Positions 36,605-47,114 of a stretch of 51,063 bases of DNA are shown piece by piece. Below the pieces are notes generated by a model. It had not been told where the DNA came from. It saw only the letters and a program-made list of their open reading frames with translations, and made no database searches. Source of the DNA: Solirubrobacteraceae bacterium. Its GTDB lineage: Bacteria > Actinomycetota > Thermoleophilia > Solirubrobacterales > Solirubrobacteraceae. The position numbers and the translations under genes were made by a program. The stretch spans positions 1 through 51,063 of the forward strand of contig JBOGYN010000302.1 of the NCBI GenBank assembly GCA_050696855.1, in the 5' to 3' direction. How positions within the stretch are numbered: the first letter of the stretch is position 1; every line of letters begins with the position of its first letter.

Positions 36605-37734
36605 CCATCACCGGAGCCGATACCGACAGCCTGCACCTGGCCCGAGCGATCGAGCTCGCCGAGGGCGGACGCGGTCAGGTGAGCCCCAATCCGCTCGTCG
36701 GCGCCGTGCTCGCCGACGGCGATCTGGTGATCGGCGAGGGCTTTCATCGCGCGCTCGGCTCGCCCCACGCCGAGGTCGAGACGATCGCCGCCGCCGCCGG
36801 TCACGATCTGGCCGGCGCCACCCTCTACGTGTCGCTCGAGCCATGCTGTCACAAGGGCCGTACGCCGCCGTGCACGGACGCGATCCGCGCCGCCGGGATC
36901 CGCCGGGTGGTCGTCGCCTCAGACGACCCCAGCCCGCACGCCAACGGCCGCGGGCTCGGGATCCTGCGCGACGAGGGCGTCGAGGTCGTGCTCGCCGACG
37001 GTGATCTCGCCGCTGCGGCCCGGATGCTCAACCAGCCGTTTCGCAAGTACGCCAAGACCGGCCGCCCGTGGGTCCTGTTCAAGTCGGCGATGACGCTCGA
37101 CGGCAAGGTCGCCACCCGCAGCGGCGACTCGAAGTGGATCTCGGGCGAGAGCAGCCGCCGCCTCGCCCACCATTGGCGCGCGGAATGCGACGCGGTCGCA
37201 GTCGGGATCGGGACCGCGCTCGCTGACGATCCCCTGCTGACCGCCCGGGAGCCCGAGCCCCATCCACCCAGCCGTCAGCCGCGGCGGGTGGTGTTCGATT
37301 CGCTCGGGCGCCTGCCCCTCTCCGCCCAGCTCGTGGGCGACGCCCGCCGGATCCCACTGACGATCGTCGTTTCGCGGGCGGCCCCGCGCGGCGCCACCGA
37401 CGCGCTGCGCACCCACGGCGCGGACGTGATCGTGGCCAGCGGCGAGAACGAGCCCGCGCGGGTCCGGGACGCGCTCGATCAGCTCGGTTCGGCCGGCGTC
37501 GGCTCGATCCTGCTCGAGGGCGGTCCCCACCTGGCCGGGGCCTTCCTCGACGCAGATGAAATAGACGAGATCCGGCTCTTCCTGGCCCCACTGGTCCTCG
37601 GCGGCCGCACCGCCCGGGATCCGCTCGAGGGTGAGGGCGTCGACCTGATTTCCGATGCCGTGCACGCGATGTCCCTGACCTGTGATCGCGTCGGCGAGGA
37701 CTTGCTCGTCTCGGCCCGAATCAGAGAGTGGTGA
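36601..37734 (+). CDS. ribD: Riboflavin biosynthesis deaminase/reductase
   Basis: PNPLVGAV, HAE, LEPCCH, KSAMTLDGK, EGG; ATG overlaps the upstream stop (ATGA). Confidence 0.97.
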   Translation: MTITGADTDSLHLARAIELAEGGRGQVSPNPLVGAVLADGDLVIGEGFHRALGSPHAEVETIAAAAGHDLAGATLYVSLEPCCHKGRTPPCTDAIRAAGIRRVVVASDDPSPHANGRGLGILRDEGVEVVLADGDLAAAARMLNQPFRKYAKTGRPWVLFKSAMTLDGKVATRSGDSKWISGESSRRLAHHWRAECDAVAVGIGTALADDPLLTAREPEPHPPSRQPRRVVFDSLGRLPLSAQLVGDARRIPLTIVVSRAAPRGATDALRTHGADVIVASGENEPARVRDALDQLGSAGVGSILLEGGPHLAGAFLDADEIDEIRLFLAPLVLGGRTARDPLEGEGVDLISDAVHAMSLTCDRVGEDLLVSARIREW

Positions 37735-37740
37735 GGGGTC

Positions 37741-38331
37741 GTGTTCACGGGACTGGTGGCCGATCTGGGCCGGATCGCCGACGCCGAGCGCTCCAGCGAA
37801 GGCGTGCGGCTGACGATCGCCTCGCCCCTGTCCGCCGAGCTCGGCGAGGGTGACTCGGTGGCGGTCAACGGGGTCTGCCTGACCGCGACCGCGATCGCCG
37901 ACGGCGCTTTCGCCGCCGAGGTCATGAACGAGACGCTGACCCGCAGCTCGCTCAACGAGGTCGGGACCGGGACCGAGGTCAATCTCGAGCTGCCCCTGCG
38001 CGCCACTGACCGGCTCGGCGGCCATGTCGTGCAGGGTCACGTCGACGGCGTGGGCGAGGTGGTGGAGGTCACGGCCGACGGCTTCGCCCGCCGCGTGCGG
38101 GTCCGCGCCCCAACCGACGTGCTGCGCTACGTGGTCAGCAAAGGCTCGGTGGCGGTGGACGGGGTTTCGCTGACCGTGGCTGACATAGATCGCGCATCAT
38201 TTACCGTCTCTCTGATCCCCGAGACCCTGCAACGAACCAACCTCGGCCGGATCAGCCCGGGTGCGATTGTCAATCTGGAGGTGGACGTGCTCGCTAAATA
38301 CGTCGAGAAACTCGTGGGGGCTAACCGATGA
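37741..38331 (+). CDS. ribE: Riboflavin synthase alpha chain
   Basis: MFTGLV N-terminus, [24 protein letters not shown]. Confidence 0.96.
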   Translation: MFTGLVADLGRIADAERSSEGVRLTIASPLSAELGEGDSVAVNGVCLTATAIADGAFAAEVMNETLTRSSLNEVGTGTEVNLELPLRATDRLGGHVVQGHVDGVGEVVEVTADGFARRVRVRAPTDVLRYVVSKGSVAVDGVSLTVADIDRASFTVSLIPETLQRTNLGRISPGAIVNLEVDVLAKYVEKLVGANR

Positions 38332-39614
38332 GTGCCACGCCGGCCGTGTTCGCCTCGATCGAGGACGCGATCGAGGACATCCGCCAGGGCAAGATGGTCG
38401 TGGTCTGCGACGACGAGACCCGTGAGAACGAGGGCGACCTGACGATGGCCGCCCAGTTCGTCACCCCCGAGGCGATCAACTTCATGGCCAAGGAGGGGCG
38501 GGGGCTGATCTGCCTCGCCCTGACCGGCGAGCGCTGCGACGAACTCGGACTCGACCTGATGGCGGCCAAGAACGAGTCCGCCTTCGACACCGCTTTCACG
38601 GTCTCGATCGAGGCCCGCTCGGGGGTCAGCACCGGGATCTCGGCCGCCGACCGCGCGCGCACGATTCAGGTCGCGATCGACCCCCAGACCAGCCCCCGCG
38701 AGCTCGTCCAGCCCGGCCACGTATTTCCGCTCAAGGCCAAGCCGGGAGGCGTCCTGGAGCGCGTCGGTCAGACCGAGGCAGCGGTCGACCTGGCCCGCCT
38801 GGCCGGCCTGATCCCGGCCGGGGTGATCTGCGAGATCATGAACGACGACGGGACGATGGCCCGGGTGCCCGACCTGACCGGCTACTGCGACCGCCACGGC
38901 CTGAAGCTGATCACGGTGGCTGACCTGGTCGCCTACCGGCGGCGTCACGAGAAGCTCGTCGAGCGGGTCGTGGCCACCAAGCTGCCCACCGGGTTCGGGG
39001 ACTTCGTCGCGGTCGGATACCGCTCGCTGGTCGACAACAAGCATCACGTCGCCCTGGTCAAGGGGGAGATCGACGGCGCCCAGGACGTGCTCGTTCGCGT
39101 CCATTCCGAGTGCCTGACCGGGGACGTGTTTCATTCGCTGCGCTGCGACTGCGGCGAGCAGCTCGAGTCGGCCCTCTCGATGATCGAGCAGGAGGGTCGC
39201 GGCGTGCTCCTGTATCTCAGCCAGGAGGGCCGGGGGATCGGCCTGCTCAACAAACTGCGCGCCTACAAGCTTCAGGAGGAGGGGCTCGACACCGTCGACG
39301 CCAACCTGCGTCTCGGCCTGCCCGCGGACCTGCGCGACTACGGGATCGGCGCCCAGATCCTCGTTGACCTGGGTCTGACCAGCATTCGGATCCTCACCAA
39401 CAACCCGAAGAAGATCTCCGGCCTGGCCGGCTACGGGCTGTCGGTGGCTGACCAGATACCGATCGAGCACGCCCCCAACCCTCACAACGAGGCCTACCTG
39501 CGCGCCAAGCGCGAGCGGCTCGGCCACACCCTGCACCACCAGGGCCTGCCGTTCGACGAGGAGATGCTCCGCCAGGAGCAGGAGAGTGACAACCGGGACG
39601 CCGATGGCGCCTGA
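38328..39614 (+). CDS. ribBA: Bifunctional DHBP synthase / GTP cyclohydrolase II
   Basis: [40 protein letters not shown]. Confidence 0.97.
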   Translation: MSATPAVFASIEDAIEDIRQGKMVVVCDDETRENEGDLTMAAQFVTPEAINFMAKEGRGLICLALTGERCDELGLDLMAAKNESAFDTAFTVSIEARSGVSTGISAADRARTIQVAIDPQTSPRELVQPGHVFPLKAKPGGVLERVGQTEAAVDLARLAGLIPAGVICEIMNDDGTMARVPDLTGYCDRHGLKLITVADLVAYRRRHEKLVERVVATKLPTGFGDFVAVGYRSLVDNKHHVALVKGEIDGAQDVLVRVHSECLTGDVFHSLRCDCGEQLESALSMIEQEGRGVLLYLSQEGRGIGLLNKLRAYKLQEEGLDTVDANLRLGLPADLRDYGIGAQILVDLGLTSIRILTNNPKKISGLAGYGLSVADQIPIEHAPNPHNEAYLRAKRERLGHTLHHQGLPFDEEMLRQEQESDNRDADGA

Positions 39615-40071
39615 GCGGCGGGTCGCGCTGTGCGTGGCCCGCTTCTACGACGAGCTCGCCCGGCGCCTCGAGGAGGGGGCCCGCGGGGGTCTGCAGGACG
39701 GGGGCATCACCGAGATCGACTGCTTTGACGTGCCGGGCGCGTTCGAGCTCCCGCTGGTGGCCAAATACGCCGCCCAGTCAGGGCGCTACGCCGCCGTCGT
39801 GTGCCTGGGAGCCGTGATCCGGGGCGAGACCGACCACTACGACTGGGTGTGCCGGAGCGCGGCCCAGGGGATCACCGAGGTCCAGCTCGAGACCGGAGTC
39901 CCGGTCGGCTTCGGGGTGCTCACCGTCAACACGATGGAGCAGGCGCTGGCCCGCGTGACCGGGGGAGACAAGCGCGACAGCGGCCGCCACGCCGCCGAGG
40001 CCGTGCTCGCCTCGCTCGCGGTCCGTGATCAGCTCGCGGGGGGGCGCGGACGGGCTGGGTTCTCCGCCTGA
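39604..40071 (+). CDS. ribH: 6,7-dimethyl-8-ribityllumazine synthase
   Basis: VPGAFELP, GAVIRGETDHYD, PVGFGVLT. Confidence 0.96.
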   Translation: MAPERRVALCVARFYDELARRLEEGARGGLQDGGITEIDCFDVPGAFELPLVAKYAAQSGRYAAVVCLGAVIRGETDHYDWVCRSAAQGITEVQLETGVPVGFGVLTVNTMEQALARVTGGDKRDSGRHAAEAVLASLAVRDQLAGGRGRAGFSA

Positions 40072-40108
40072 CTCAGCGCGCCGGGCCGGCGGGCCGGCGC
40101 AGCGGGCC

Positions 40109-41743
40109 TCAATCGCCGCCCTTGCCCGGCTTGCCCTGGCCGTGCCCGTGGTCGTGACCGGGGCTCTGCCCGGGCGGCACGCTCGCCCCGCCCGTGTTAC
40201 CCGGCGAGCTGGGCGTGGGGGCCTGGCCGGCGGCCCGCAGTGCCTGGTTGAGCAGCGCTTGCACGGTCGAGGTCTGGTTGGGGATCTTCAGCCGCTGCTG
40301 AAGTACCGGAATCGCCGCCTGGGCGTTGCCCGAGCGCAGCAGGGCGTCGCCCAGGTCGTAGAGGGCATAGGCGTAGGACAGGCTGCTCGGGGAGGCCACG
40401 TGGATCGCCCGCTCGAGGGTCGGGATCGCGGCCGCGTAGTTGCCGTTCAGCAGTTCCTGGTGGCCCTGCAGCTGGAGGCCGGAGCCGCTCGTGGCCGCGC
40501 CGCTCGAGTCGGCCGGCGTGGTGCTGCTCGCCGCAGCGGTTGACGTGGTGCTCGACGCACTGCTCGAGGCCGAGTGGGTGGTCTTCGCAGCCGCTGCCGC
40601 CGGCTTGTGCTTGGCGGCCCGGGTCACCGGGTGATGGACGGCCGCTGTCCGCCTGGCTGTGCCCCCTGAGCCCAGCTGGGTCAGGACCAGGGCGACGCCA
40701 AGGGCGACCAGACCCAGCGCGAGCAGCGGCAGCGCGCGGCTCGAGCGCCGGCGCGGGCCCGATAGGGCCGCCAGCGGGGTGGGTACCGCGCGCGGCGGAC
40801 GCCCCGAGGCGGGACGGTGGGGGCGGGTGATCGCCGGGCTGAGCACCCGCGTGGAGGCAGTCGCGTCGCCGTCCAGTGCCGCCTCCAGCGCCTGCACGAA
40901 AGCCAGCGCCGTGGGGTAGCGCGCCTCGGGCTCCTTGGCCATGCCGCGGGCCAGGACATCGTCGACCGCCGGGGGCAGGGAGGGCTCGCGCTCGCTGGCC
41001 CGGGGCGGCTCCTCCTCGATGTGCTGGCGCGCCTGGGCGGCGAAGTGCTGGGCGGTGTAGGGCCGCCCTCCGGTGAGCAGCTCAAAGGCGGCGATGGCCA
41101 GGGCGTAGCGGTCGCTGGCCGAGGTCGCCTCCTCGCCCAGGGCCTGCTCGGGGGCCAGGTAGGCCGCTGTCCCGAACAGCTCGCCGGCGCTGGTGATCGT
41201 CTCCTCGCTCTGGAGGTGGGCGATCCCGAAGTCGGCCACGTGCAGTCCCCGGTCGCGGTCGAGCAGGAAGTTGGCGGGCTTGATGTCGCGGTGCACGATG
41301 CCGCGGGCGTGGGCATGATCGAGGGCCTCGGCGGCCTGCGCCAGCCACCGGCGCGCTTCCTCACGGGTGACCGCAGCGCAGCGCAGCGCGTCGGCCACGG
41401 TACCGCCGGTCAGGTGCTCCATGACGATGAAAGCCCCCGGATGGAGTTCGTCGCCGTGCTCTCCGGCCTCGAGATCGCCGACATCGAAGATCGTGACCAC
41501 GTTGGGATGGGCCGAGACCCGGGCCACCGCGCGCGCCTCGCGCTTGAACCGGCGCACGGCCTGCGCGTCCTGGGCGTAGCGCTCGGAGAGCACCTTGATC
41601 GCGACCTGGCGTCCGAGCACGCGGTCCTCGGCGCACCACACCGACGCCATGCCCCCGCTGGCCAGGTGGCGGCGCAGGCGATAGCGGTCGGGCAGGCTCC
41701 GCGCGAACGGGGGCTCGGGTGACGTTCGGGCGCTCGTGCTCAT
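40109..41743 (-). CDS. Hanks-type Ser/Thr protein kinase with TM segment and C-terminal TPR-like domain
   Basis: SGGMASVW, VAIK, HRDIKPAN, DFG and APE motifs; hydrophobic helix; Ala/Ser/Thr linker; YAYALYDLGDALL TPR-like helices. Confidence 0.92.
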   Translation of the reverse strand: MSTSARTSPEPPFARSLPDRYRLRRHLASGGMASVWCAEDRVLGRQVAIKVLSERYAQDAQAVRRFKREARAVARVSAHPNVVTIFDVGDLEAGEHGDELHPGAFIVMEHLTGGTVADALRCAAVTREEARRWLAQAAEALDHAHARGIVHRDIKPANFLLDRDRGLHVADFGIAHLQSEETITSAGELFGTAAYLAPEQALGEEATSASDRYALAIAAFELLTGGRPYTAQHFAAQARQHIEEEPPRASEREPSLPPAVDDVLARGMAKEPEARYPTALAFVQALEAALDGDATASTRVLSPAITRPHRPASGRPPRAVPTPLAALSGPRRRSSRALPLLALGLVALGVALVLTQLGSGGTARRTAAVHHPVTRAAKHKPAAAAAKTTHSASSSASSTTSTAAASSTTPADSSGAATSGSGLQLQGHQELLNGNYAAAIPTLERAIHVASPSSLSYAYALYDLGDALLRSGNAQAAIPVLQQRLKIPNQTSTVQALLNQALRAAGQAPTPSSPGNTGGASVPPGQSPGHDHGHGQGKPGKGGD

Positions 41744-41942
41744 CGTGACGGGTAGTTACCCAAACCCGAGGATGGCTACCCGACCGAGAGAAGCCGGGAG
41801 CGGGCCGGGTGGGCGCAGATAGAGATCTGAAGCGGCAGTCAGAAGCCCCGATGGTAGGACGCCGAAGCCCGCCATGCGTAGGAGCCGACCCCGGGCGGCG
41901 GACTCCGGGGACGCCCGAGGCCGTGTCTGGGACGGGCCTGTC

Positions 41943-41948
41943 TATACT
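41943..41948 (+). promoter_or_regulatory. -10 element (TATACT) of rpmB
   Basis: TATACT 9 nt upstream of the ATG at 41958; no SD visible. Confidence 0.55.
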
Positions 41949-41957
41949 CGGCGCGCG

Positions 41958-42149
41958 ATGTCAAAGATCTGTCATGTGTGTGCCAAGGGACCGTCATTCG
42001 GCAACAATCGCAGCCATTCCATGGTCGCGACCAGGCGGCGCTTTGATCCCAATCTGCAGCGAGTCCGCATCGACGACGGCGGAACGCCGCGGCGCGTCTA
42101 CGTCTGCACGCGCTGCCTGAAGGCCGGCAAGATCGTCAAAGCCAAGTAG
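41958..42149 (+). CDS. rpmB: 50S ribosomal protein L28 (zinc-binding C+ form)
   Basis: [21 protein letters not shown]...[10 protein letters not shown]...[10 protein letters not shown]. Confidence 0.97.
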   Translation: MSKICHVCAKGPSFGNNRSHSMVATRRRFDPNLQRVRIDDGGTPRRVYVCTRCLKAGKIVKAK

Positions 42150-42221
42150 TGCTCCCCGCCCGGACTCGGGAAGGGGATCGCTGAAGTGGTGGCCCCGGAG
42201 CGCCCGGCGAGCCGGTCGGGA

Positions 42222-43865
42222 ATGTCGGACCCGAGCATCGTCCGCTTTCGGGCTCTGATCGAAGCCGGCTTGGCCGCGCTCGAAGCCCGGCGCGAGGAGG
42301 TCAACGACCTCAACGTGTTCCCAGTCGCCGACGGCGATACCGGGGACAACATGGTCCTCACCCTGCGGGCCGTGCTCCAAGAGCTCGACCGCCTCTTCAG
42401 CGCCTCTGAGGGCCGCACGATCGACGAGATCGGACGCGACGAAATCGTCGCCTCGGTCGCCCGGGCCGCCCTGCTCGGAGCCCGCGGCAACTCCGGGGTG
42501 ATCCTCTCCCAGCTGATCCGGGGCGCCGCCGAGGAGCTGGCCAGCCGGCCCGGCGAGCTGGTCGACCCGGTGCTGATCGGCGCCGCCCTGGCCCGCGCCG
42601 CCGACCAGGCCTACGGCTCGGTCCGCGATCCCGCCGAAGGAACGATCCTCACCGTCGTGCGCGAGATGGCCCACCGGGTCGCTTCCGAGCTGGCCCACAC
42701 CCCCGGAGCCCGGCTCGGCGCCGATGCCACCGCCTTAGAGCAGGATCAGGTCATCGCCCGGGTGATCGAAAGCGCGCTGGCCGCCGGCGAGGAGTCCGTG
42801 CGCCGCGGGCCCGACCTACTGCCCGTGCTGCGCGAGGCCGGCGTCGTCGACGCCGGCGGCTACGGCCTGGTCGTCCTGCTGGCCGGGATCGTCGGTGCCC
42901 TGCGCGGGGGCGACGCTCCCGCGCTGCCCCATCAGCCCGCCGCCCGCGTGTCCCATCCCCAGCATGTCTCCACCAGCTTCCGCTACTGCACGAACTTCGC
43001 CGTCAGCGGCACTGCCCTCGAGCAGCGGCGCTACATCGAGGCGCTGGAGGAGCTCGGGGACTCGGTCCTGGTGGTGGGCGACGCGACCACGCTCAAGATC
43101 CACGTCCACACCGACGATCCCGACGCCGCCACCGCCCTGTTCGCCGACGCCGGGGTCGTCTCCCATCTCGACGTGGCCGACATGCTCGCCCAAGTCGCGG
43201 CTCGCGACGAGCGCCTCGTCGGTCCCGCGCCCGTGAAGGTGTGTGGCGCGTTGGCGGTCGTCAACGGCGACGGGATGAGCGCGCTGTTTGAGAGCTTCGG
43301 GATCCGCGTGCTCGACGGCGGCCCCACGCTGAACCCCTCGACCTATGACCTGCTGGCCGCGATCCACGCCGTCCCCGCCGAAGAGGTCGTGGTGCTGCCC
43401 AACAGCGCCAACGTGCAGATGGCCGCCGAGCGGGCCGCTGAGCTCTCGGAGAAGACCGTCCTGGTCGTCGCTTCGCGCTCTCCGCAGGCCGGCCTGGCCA
43501 CCGCGGTCAGCCTCGACCCCGACCGCGGCGCGGTGCAGAACGCCGCCGCGATGAGCGCCGCGCTCGAGCACGTGCGCACCGGCGCCGTCGCCCCGGCGGC
43601 CCGCGACGACGCCCAGGGCCGTTTCCGGGCCGGCGACGCCGTCGGCTTCGTCGAGGAGGAGCTGGTCGCCTGGGGCGCGCCCCGCGAGACCCTCCAGGAT
43701 GTGCTCGCGCAGCTGGCCGAGAATGCCGAGCTGATCACCTGCCTGCGGGGCGTCGACGCGCCGCTCGATGACCGGACCGTCCACGCGCTCGCCTTCAACG
43801 GGGTAGAGCTCGAGCTGTCCGAGGGTGGTCAGCCCAGCTACTGGTGGCTGCTCGCGGCTGAGTAG
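42222..43865 (+). CDS. DAK2 domain protein (fatty acid kinase FakA/YloV-like)
   Basis: LNVFPVADGDTGDNM, GARGNSGVILSQ, EGTILTV, VDAGG, KIHVHT, GGQP. Confidence 0.92.
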   Translation: MSDPSIVRFRALIEAGLAALEARREEVNDLNVFPVADGDTGDNMVLTLRAVLQELDRLFSASEGRTIDEIGRDEIVASVARAALLGARGNSGVILSQLIRGAAEELASRPGELVDPVLIGAALARAADQAYGSVRDPAEGTILTVVREMAHRVASELAHTPGARLGADATALEQDQVIARVIESALAAGEESVRRGPDLLPVLREAGVVDAGGYGLVVLLAGIVGALRGGDAPALPHQPAARVSHPQHVSTSFRYCTNFAVSGTALEQRRYIEALEELGDSVLVVGDATTLKIHVHTDDPDAATALFADAGVVSHLDVADMLAQVAARDERLVGPAPVKVCGALAVVNGDGMSALFESFGIRVLDGGPTLNPSTYDLLAAIHAVPAEEVVVLPNSANVQMAAERAAELSEKTVLVVASRSPQAGLATAVSLDPDRGAVQNAAAMSAALEHVRTGAVAPAARDDAQGRFRAGDAVGFVEEELVAWGAPRETLQDVLAQLAENAELITCLRGVDAPLDDRTVHALAFNGVELELSEGGQPSYWWLLAAE

Positions 43866-43945
43866 GAGCCGCGTCACGCCCGAGGTCGGTTGGCAGCCGC
43901 GCCGCTCCCTCGACCGAAGCCCAAGTCATCATCACTGCCGCATCG

Positions 43946-46063
43946 ATGACCGCCACCGCGTTTGCCAGCTCCCGCCCGCTCGCCCCCGACGAGCTCCAAG
44001 GCGCCCCGGTGCGCTACCCGCGACCCTCGCGGCTGGCCGAGCGTCTCCGCCTCCCGGGCGCCAAGGCCGAGCACGCGGCGACGTCGCTCGGGCTGCTCAC
44101 CGTGGGCGACCTACTCGAGCACCTACCCCGCGACCGCCGCGATGCCCGGGCGGTCGCCGAGCTCGTCCCCGGGGAGACCGCGACCGTCGTCGTCTCGGTG
44201 CGCAGCATCGCCTCCCGTCCGGTCCGGCGCCGCGGCATGCGCCCGCTGGTCGAGGCCACCGTGGCCGACGACAGCGGCCCGATGAAGGCCACGTTCTTCA
44301 ACCAGCCCTGGCTGGCGAAGAAGTACCCGGTGGGAACCGGCCTGGTCCTGCACGGCAAGTACGAGGCCCGCAACCGCTTCCGCGTCCAGGGCCACGCTCA
44401 GACCAACGAGGCCAGCGCCGGTGACGGAGCCGTCGCGCACTACGCGGCCACCGAGGGGCTCTCGTCGACCCAGATCCTCGCCCTCGTCCGCGCCCACGCA
44501 GCCGCCATTGACGATGTCACCGAGCCGCTGCCCACCCTCCTGCGCGTCGGCGAGCGCTTGCCCGAGCGCTGTTGCGCGCTCGCCGCCGTGCACCTGACCG
44601 GCGGCGAGTTCGAGCAGACGCTGGGGCGCCGCCGTCTCGCCTTCGAGGAGCTGCTCCTCGCCCAGCTCGCGCTCCTGCGCCGCCGCCGTCTGCGCCGGCG
44701 CGGGGCGACGGCCGCGGCCCTTGATCAGCCGCGCGAGCTGACCGCGCGCTGGCTGGGCACGATGCTCCCCTTCACCCCGACCGCCGACCAGGTGGCCGCG
44801 ATTGACGAGCTCGATCGCGATCTCGCCGCCGTCCAGCCGATGCAGCGGCTGCTGATGGGGGAGGTGGGCTCCGGCAAGACCGTCGTCGCCCTGTACGCGC
44901 TGCTGCGGGCGATCGAGCACGGGGCCCAGGGGGCGCTGATGGCGCCGACCGAGCCCCTGGCCGAGCAGCATTTCGCCACCCTCCAGCGCCTGATGCCCGG
45001 CGAGGCGGTCCCGATCGGCCTGCTCACCGGATCAACGCCTGCCCGGCGCCGTCACGACCTGCTCGGAAAGCTCGCCTCGGGTGAGCTCTCGCTGCTGGTC
45101 GGGACCCATGCCCTGATCGAGGAACCGGTGCGCTTTGCCCGCCTGGCCGTCGCCGTGGTCGACGAGCAGCACCGCTTCGGCGTGCGCCAGCGGGCCGCCC
45201 TGGACGCCAAGGCGGGCGTCGACCGCCGACCCCACGTCCTGCACATGACCGCCACGCCGATCCCGCGCACGCTGGCCCTGGCCGGCTACGGCGATCTCGA
45301 CATCACCCAGCTGCGCGAGCTGCCCAGCGGCCGCCAACCGATCCAGACCGTCGTCTGCTCGACCGATCGCGAGCGCGCCCGCGCTTATGACCGGATCCGC
45401 GAGGAGCTGGCCGCCGGCCGCCAGGCGTTCGTCGTCTGCCCGCTGGTCTCCGAGTCAGAGCTGCTCCAGGCGCGCGCGGCCACGGCGGAGTTCGAGCGGC
45501 TTCGCAATGGTGAGCTGCGCGAGTACCAAGTCGTGCTGATGCACGGTCAGCTCAGGCCGGGCGAGAAGCACGACGTGATGGCCGCGTTCGCGGGCGGCCA
45601 GGCCGACGTGCTCGTGGCCACTTCGGTGATCGAGGTCGGCATCGACGTCCCCAACGCGACCGTGATGCTGGTCGAGGACGCCGAGCGCTACGGGATTTCC
45701 CAGCTGCACCAGCTCCGCGGGCGGATCGGGCGCGGCGAGCACGCCTCGCTGTGCCTGCTGTTCGGCAGCAAGTCGTCTCAGCGCCTTCGCGCCTTGGCAG
45801 AGCACAGCGACGGCTTTCGTCTCGCCGAGATCGACCTCGCCCTGCGCGGCGAGGGCGAGTTGGTCGGCACGCGGCAGAGCGGGCTGGCCCAGTTCCGGGT
45901 CGCCGAGCTGCCGCGCGATGCCGAGCTGCTCGAGCGGGCCCGGGGCCGGGCGCTGTGGATCGACGGCGAGGACCCCGAGCTCGCCACCCCCGAGCATGCG
46001 CTGCTCGCCGACGCCCTGGCCGGTGCCTACGGGACCGAGGCCGACGCCCCGATCCGGGCCTGA
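43946..46063 (+). CDS. recG: ATP-dependent DNA helicase RecG
   Basis: GEVGSGKT, DEQHRFGV, MTATPIPRTL, QLHQLRGRIGRG. Confidence 0.97.
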   Translation: MTATAFASSRPLAPDELQGAPVRYPRPSRLAERLRLPGAKAEHAATSLGLLTVGDLLEHLPRDRRDARAVAELVPGETATVVVSVRSIASRPVRRRGMRPLVEATVADDSGPMKATFFNQPWLAKKYPVGTGLVLHGKYEARNRFRVQGHAQTNEASAGDGAVAHYAATEGLSSTQILALVRAHAAAIDDVTEPLPTLLRVGERLPERCCALAAVHLTGGEFEQTLGRRRLAFEELLLAQLALLRRRRLRRRGATAAALDQPRELTARWLGTMLPFTPTADQVAAIDELDRDLAAVQPMQRLLMGEVGSGKTVVALYALLRAIEHGAQGALMAPTEPLAEQHFATLQRLMPGEAVPIGLLTGSTPARRRHDLLGKLASGELSLLVGTHALIEEPVRFARLAVAVVDEQHRFGVRQRAALDAKAGVDRRPHVLHMTATPIPRTLALAGYGDLDITQLRELPSGRQPIQTVVCSTDRERARAYDRIREELAAGRQAFVVCPLVSESELLQARAATAEFERLRNGELREYQVVLMHGQLRPGEKHDVMAAFAGGQADVLVATSVIEVGIDVPNATVMLVEDAERYGISQLHQLRGRIGRGEHASLCLLFGSKSSQRLRALAEHSDGFRLAEIDLALRGEGELVGTRQSGLAQFRVAELPRDAELLERARGRALWIDGEDPELATPEHALLADALAGAYGTEADAPIRA

Positions 46064-46077
46064 CTGGCGGTGGGCCG

Positions 46078-46611
46078 GTGAGGGTGATAGCCGGGGTTCA
46101 CGGCGGCCGCGAGCTGGTGGCGCCGAAGGGACGGGCGACCCGGCCGACCGCCGACCGCGTCCGCGAAGCGCTGTTCTCGATTCTCGGCCCGATCGACGGC
46201 GCTGGGGTGCTCGACCTGTTCGCCGGCTCGGGCGCGCTGGCCATCGAAGCCCTCTCGCGCGGGGCCGCCGAGGCGACGTTGGTTGAGACCTCGGCCGCCG
46301 CCCTGACCGCGATTCGCCACAACCTGGAAGCGGTCGGAATCGAGGCGATCGTCTCCCGCCAGCCCGCCCTGCGCTTTCTCCAGCGAGCACGCGCCGAGCT
46401 ACGTCAATACGATCTGGTCTTCGTAGATCCTCCCTATCGCCATGCGAGTTCGCTCTCCAACGAGCTGACCGGGGCGCTGGTGCCGGTGCTCGCCCCTCAG
46501 GCTCGCGTCGTCGCCGAAAGCGACCGGCGGCATCCCCTGGAGCTCGGGCTGGACCTGCTCGTGCAGCGGCGCTACGGCGACACCCTGATCAAGATCCATG
46601 GCTCCCGATAA
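46078..46611 (+). CDS. rsmD: 16S rRNA m2G966 methyltransferase
   Basis: RPTADRVREALF, DLFAGSGAL, DPPY; start moved to GTG 46078. Confidence 0.95.
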   Translation: MRVIAGVHGGRELVAPKGRATRPTADRVREALFSILGPIDGAGVLDLFAGSGALAIEALSRGAAEATLVETSAAALTAIRHNLEAVGIEAIVSRQPALRFLQRARAELRQYDLVFVDPPYRHASSLSNELTGALVPVLAPQARVVAESDRRHPLELGLDLLVQRRYGDTLIKIHGSR

Positions 46612-47095
46612 CCGCATCGCCATCTGCCCCGGTACGTTCGATCCCGTCACCTATGGGCATCTCGACGTGATCTCGCGGGCCTCGGCGATGTACGACACGG
46701 TGATCGTGGGAGTGGTCAATCTCCCGTGGCGCAAGGGCAGCACGCTGTTCAGCGTCGACGAGCGGATCGGCTTTGTGAAGGACGCCACGAGCGAGCTCGG
46801 CAACATCGAGATCGAGTCCTTCAGCTCGCTGCTGGTCGAGTTTGCCCGCGAGAAGGAGGCGATGGCGATCGTCAAGGGATTGCGGGCAATCTCTGACTTC
46901 GAGTACGAGCTGGAGATGAACCAGCTCAACCGCCGACAGGCCCCGGACATCGAGTCCGTTTACGTAATGGCGTCCCCCAAGTACAGTTTCCTGAGGTCGA
47001 GCAGCGTCAAGGAGCTCGCGACCTTCGGGGGGGAGATCGACGATCTGGTCCCCGACGAGGTCGCACGGCACTTGAAGGAACGGCTCGGCCGCTGA
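46598..47095 (+). CDS. coaD: Phosphopantetheine adenylyltransferase
   Basis: PGTFDPVTYGHLD, KGLRAISDFEYE, SSSVKE. Confidence 0.97.
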   Translation: MAPDNRIAICPGTFDPVTYGHLDVISRASAMYDTVIVGVVNLPWRKGSTLFSVDERIGFVKDATSELGNIEIESFSSLLVEFAREKEAMAIVKGLRAISDFEYELEMNQLNRRQAPDIESVYVMASPKYSFLRSSSVKELATFGGEIDDLVPDEVARHLKERLGR

Positions 47096-47114
47096 CGAAA
47101 CAGAGGTGCGCGAG

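Noticed and set aside
41744..41957. sRNA or alternative-sigma (GGGTA) promoter between the kinase and rpmB
   Set aside because: A GGGTAA and some hairpins are present on the minus strand, but there is no properly spaced -35 or distinctive fold.
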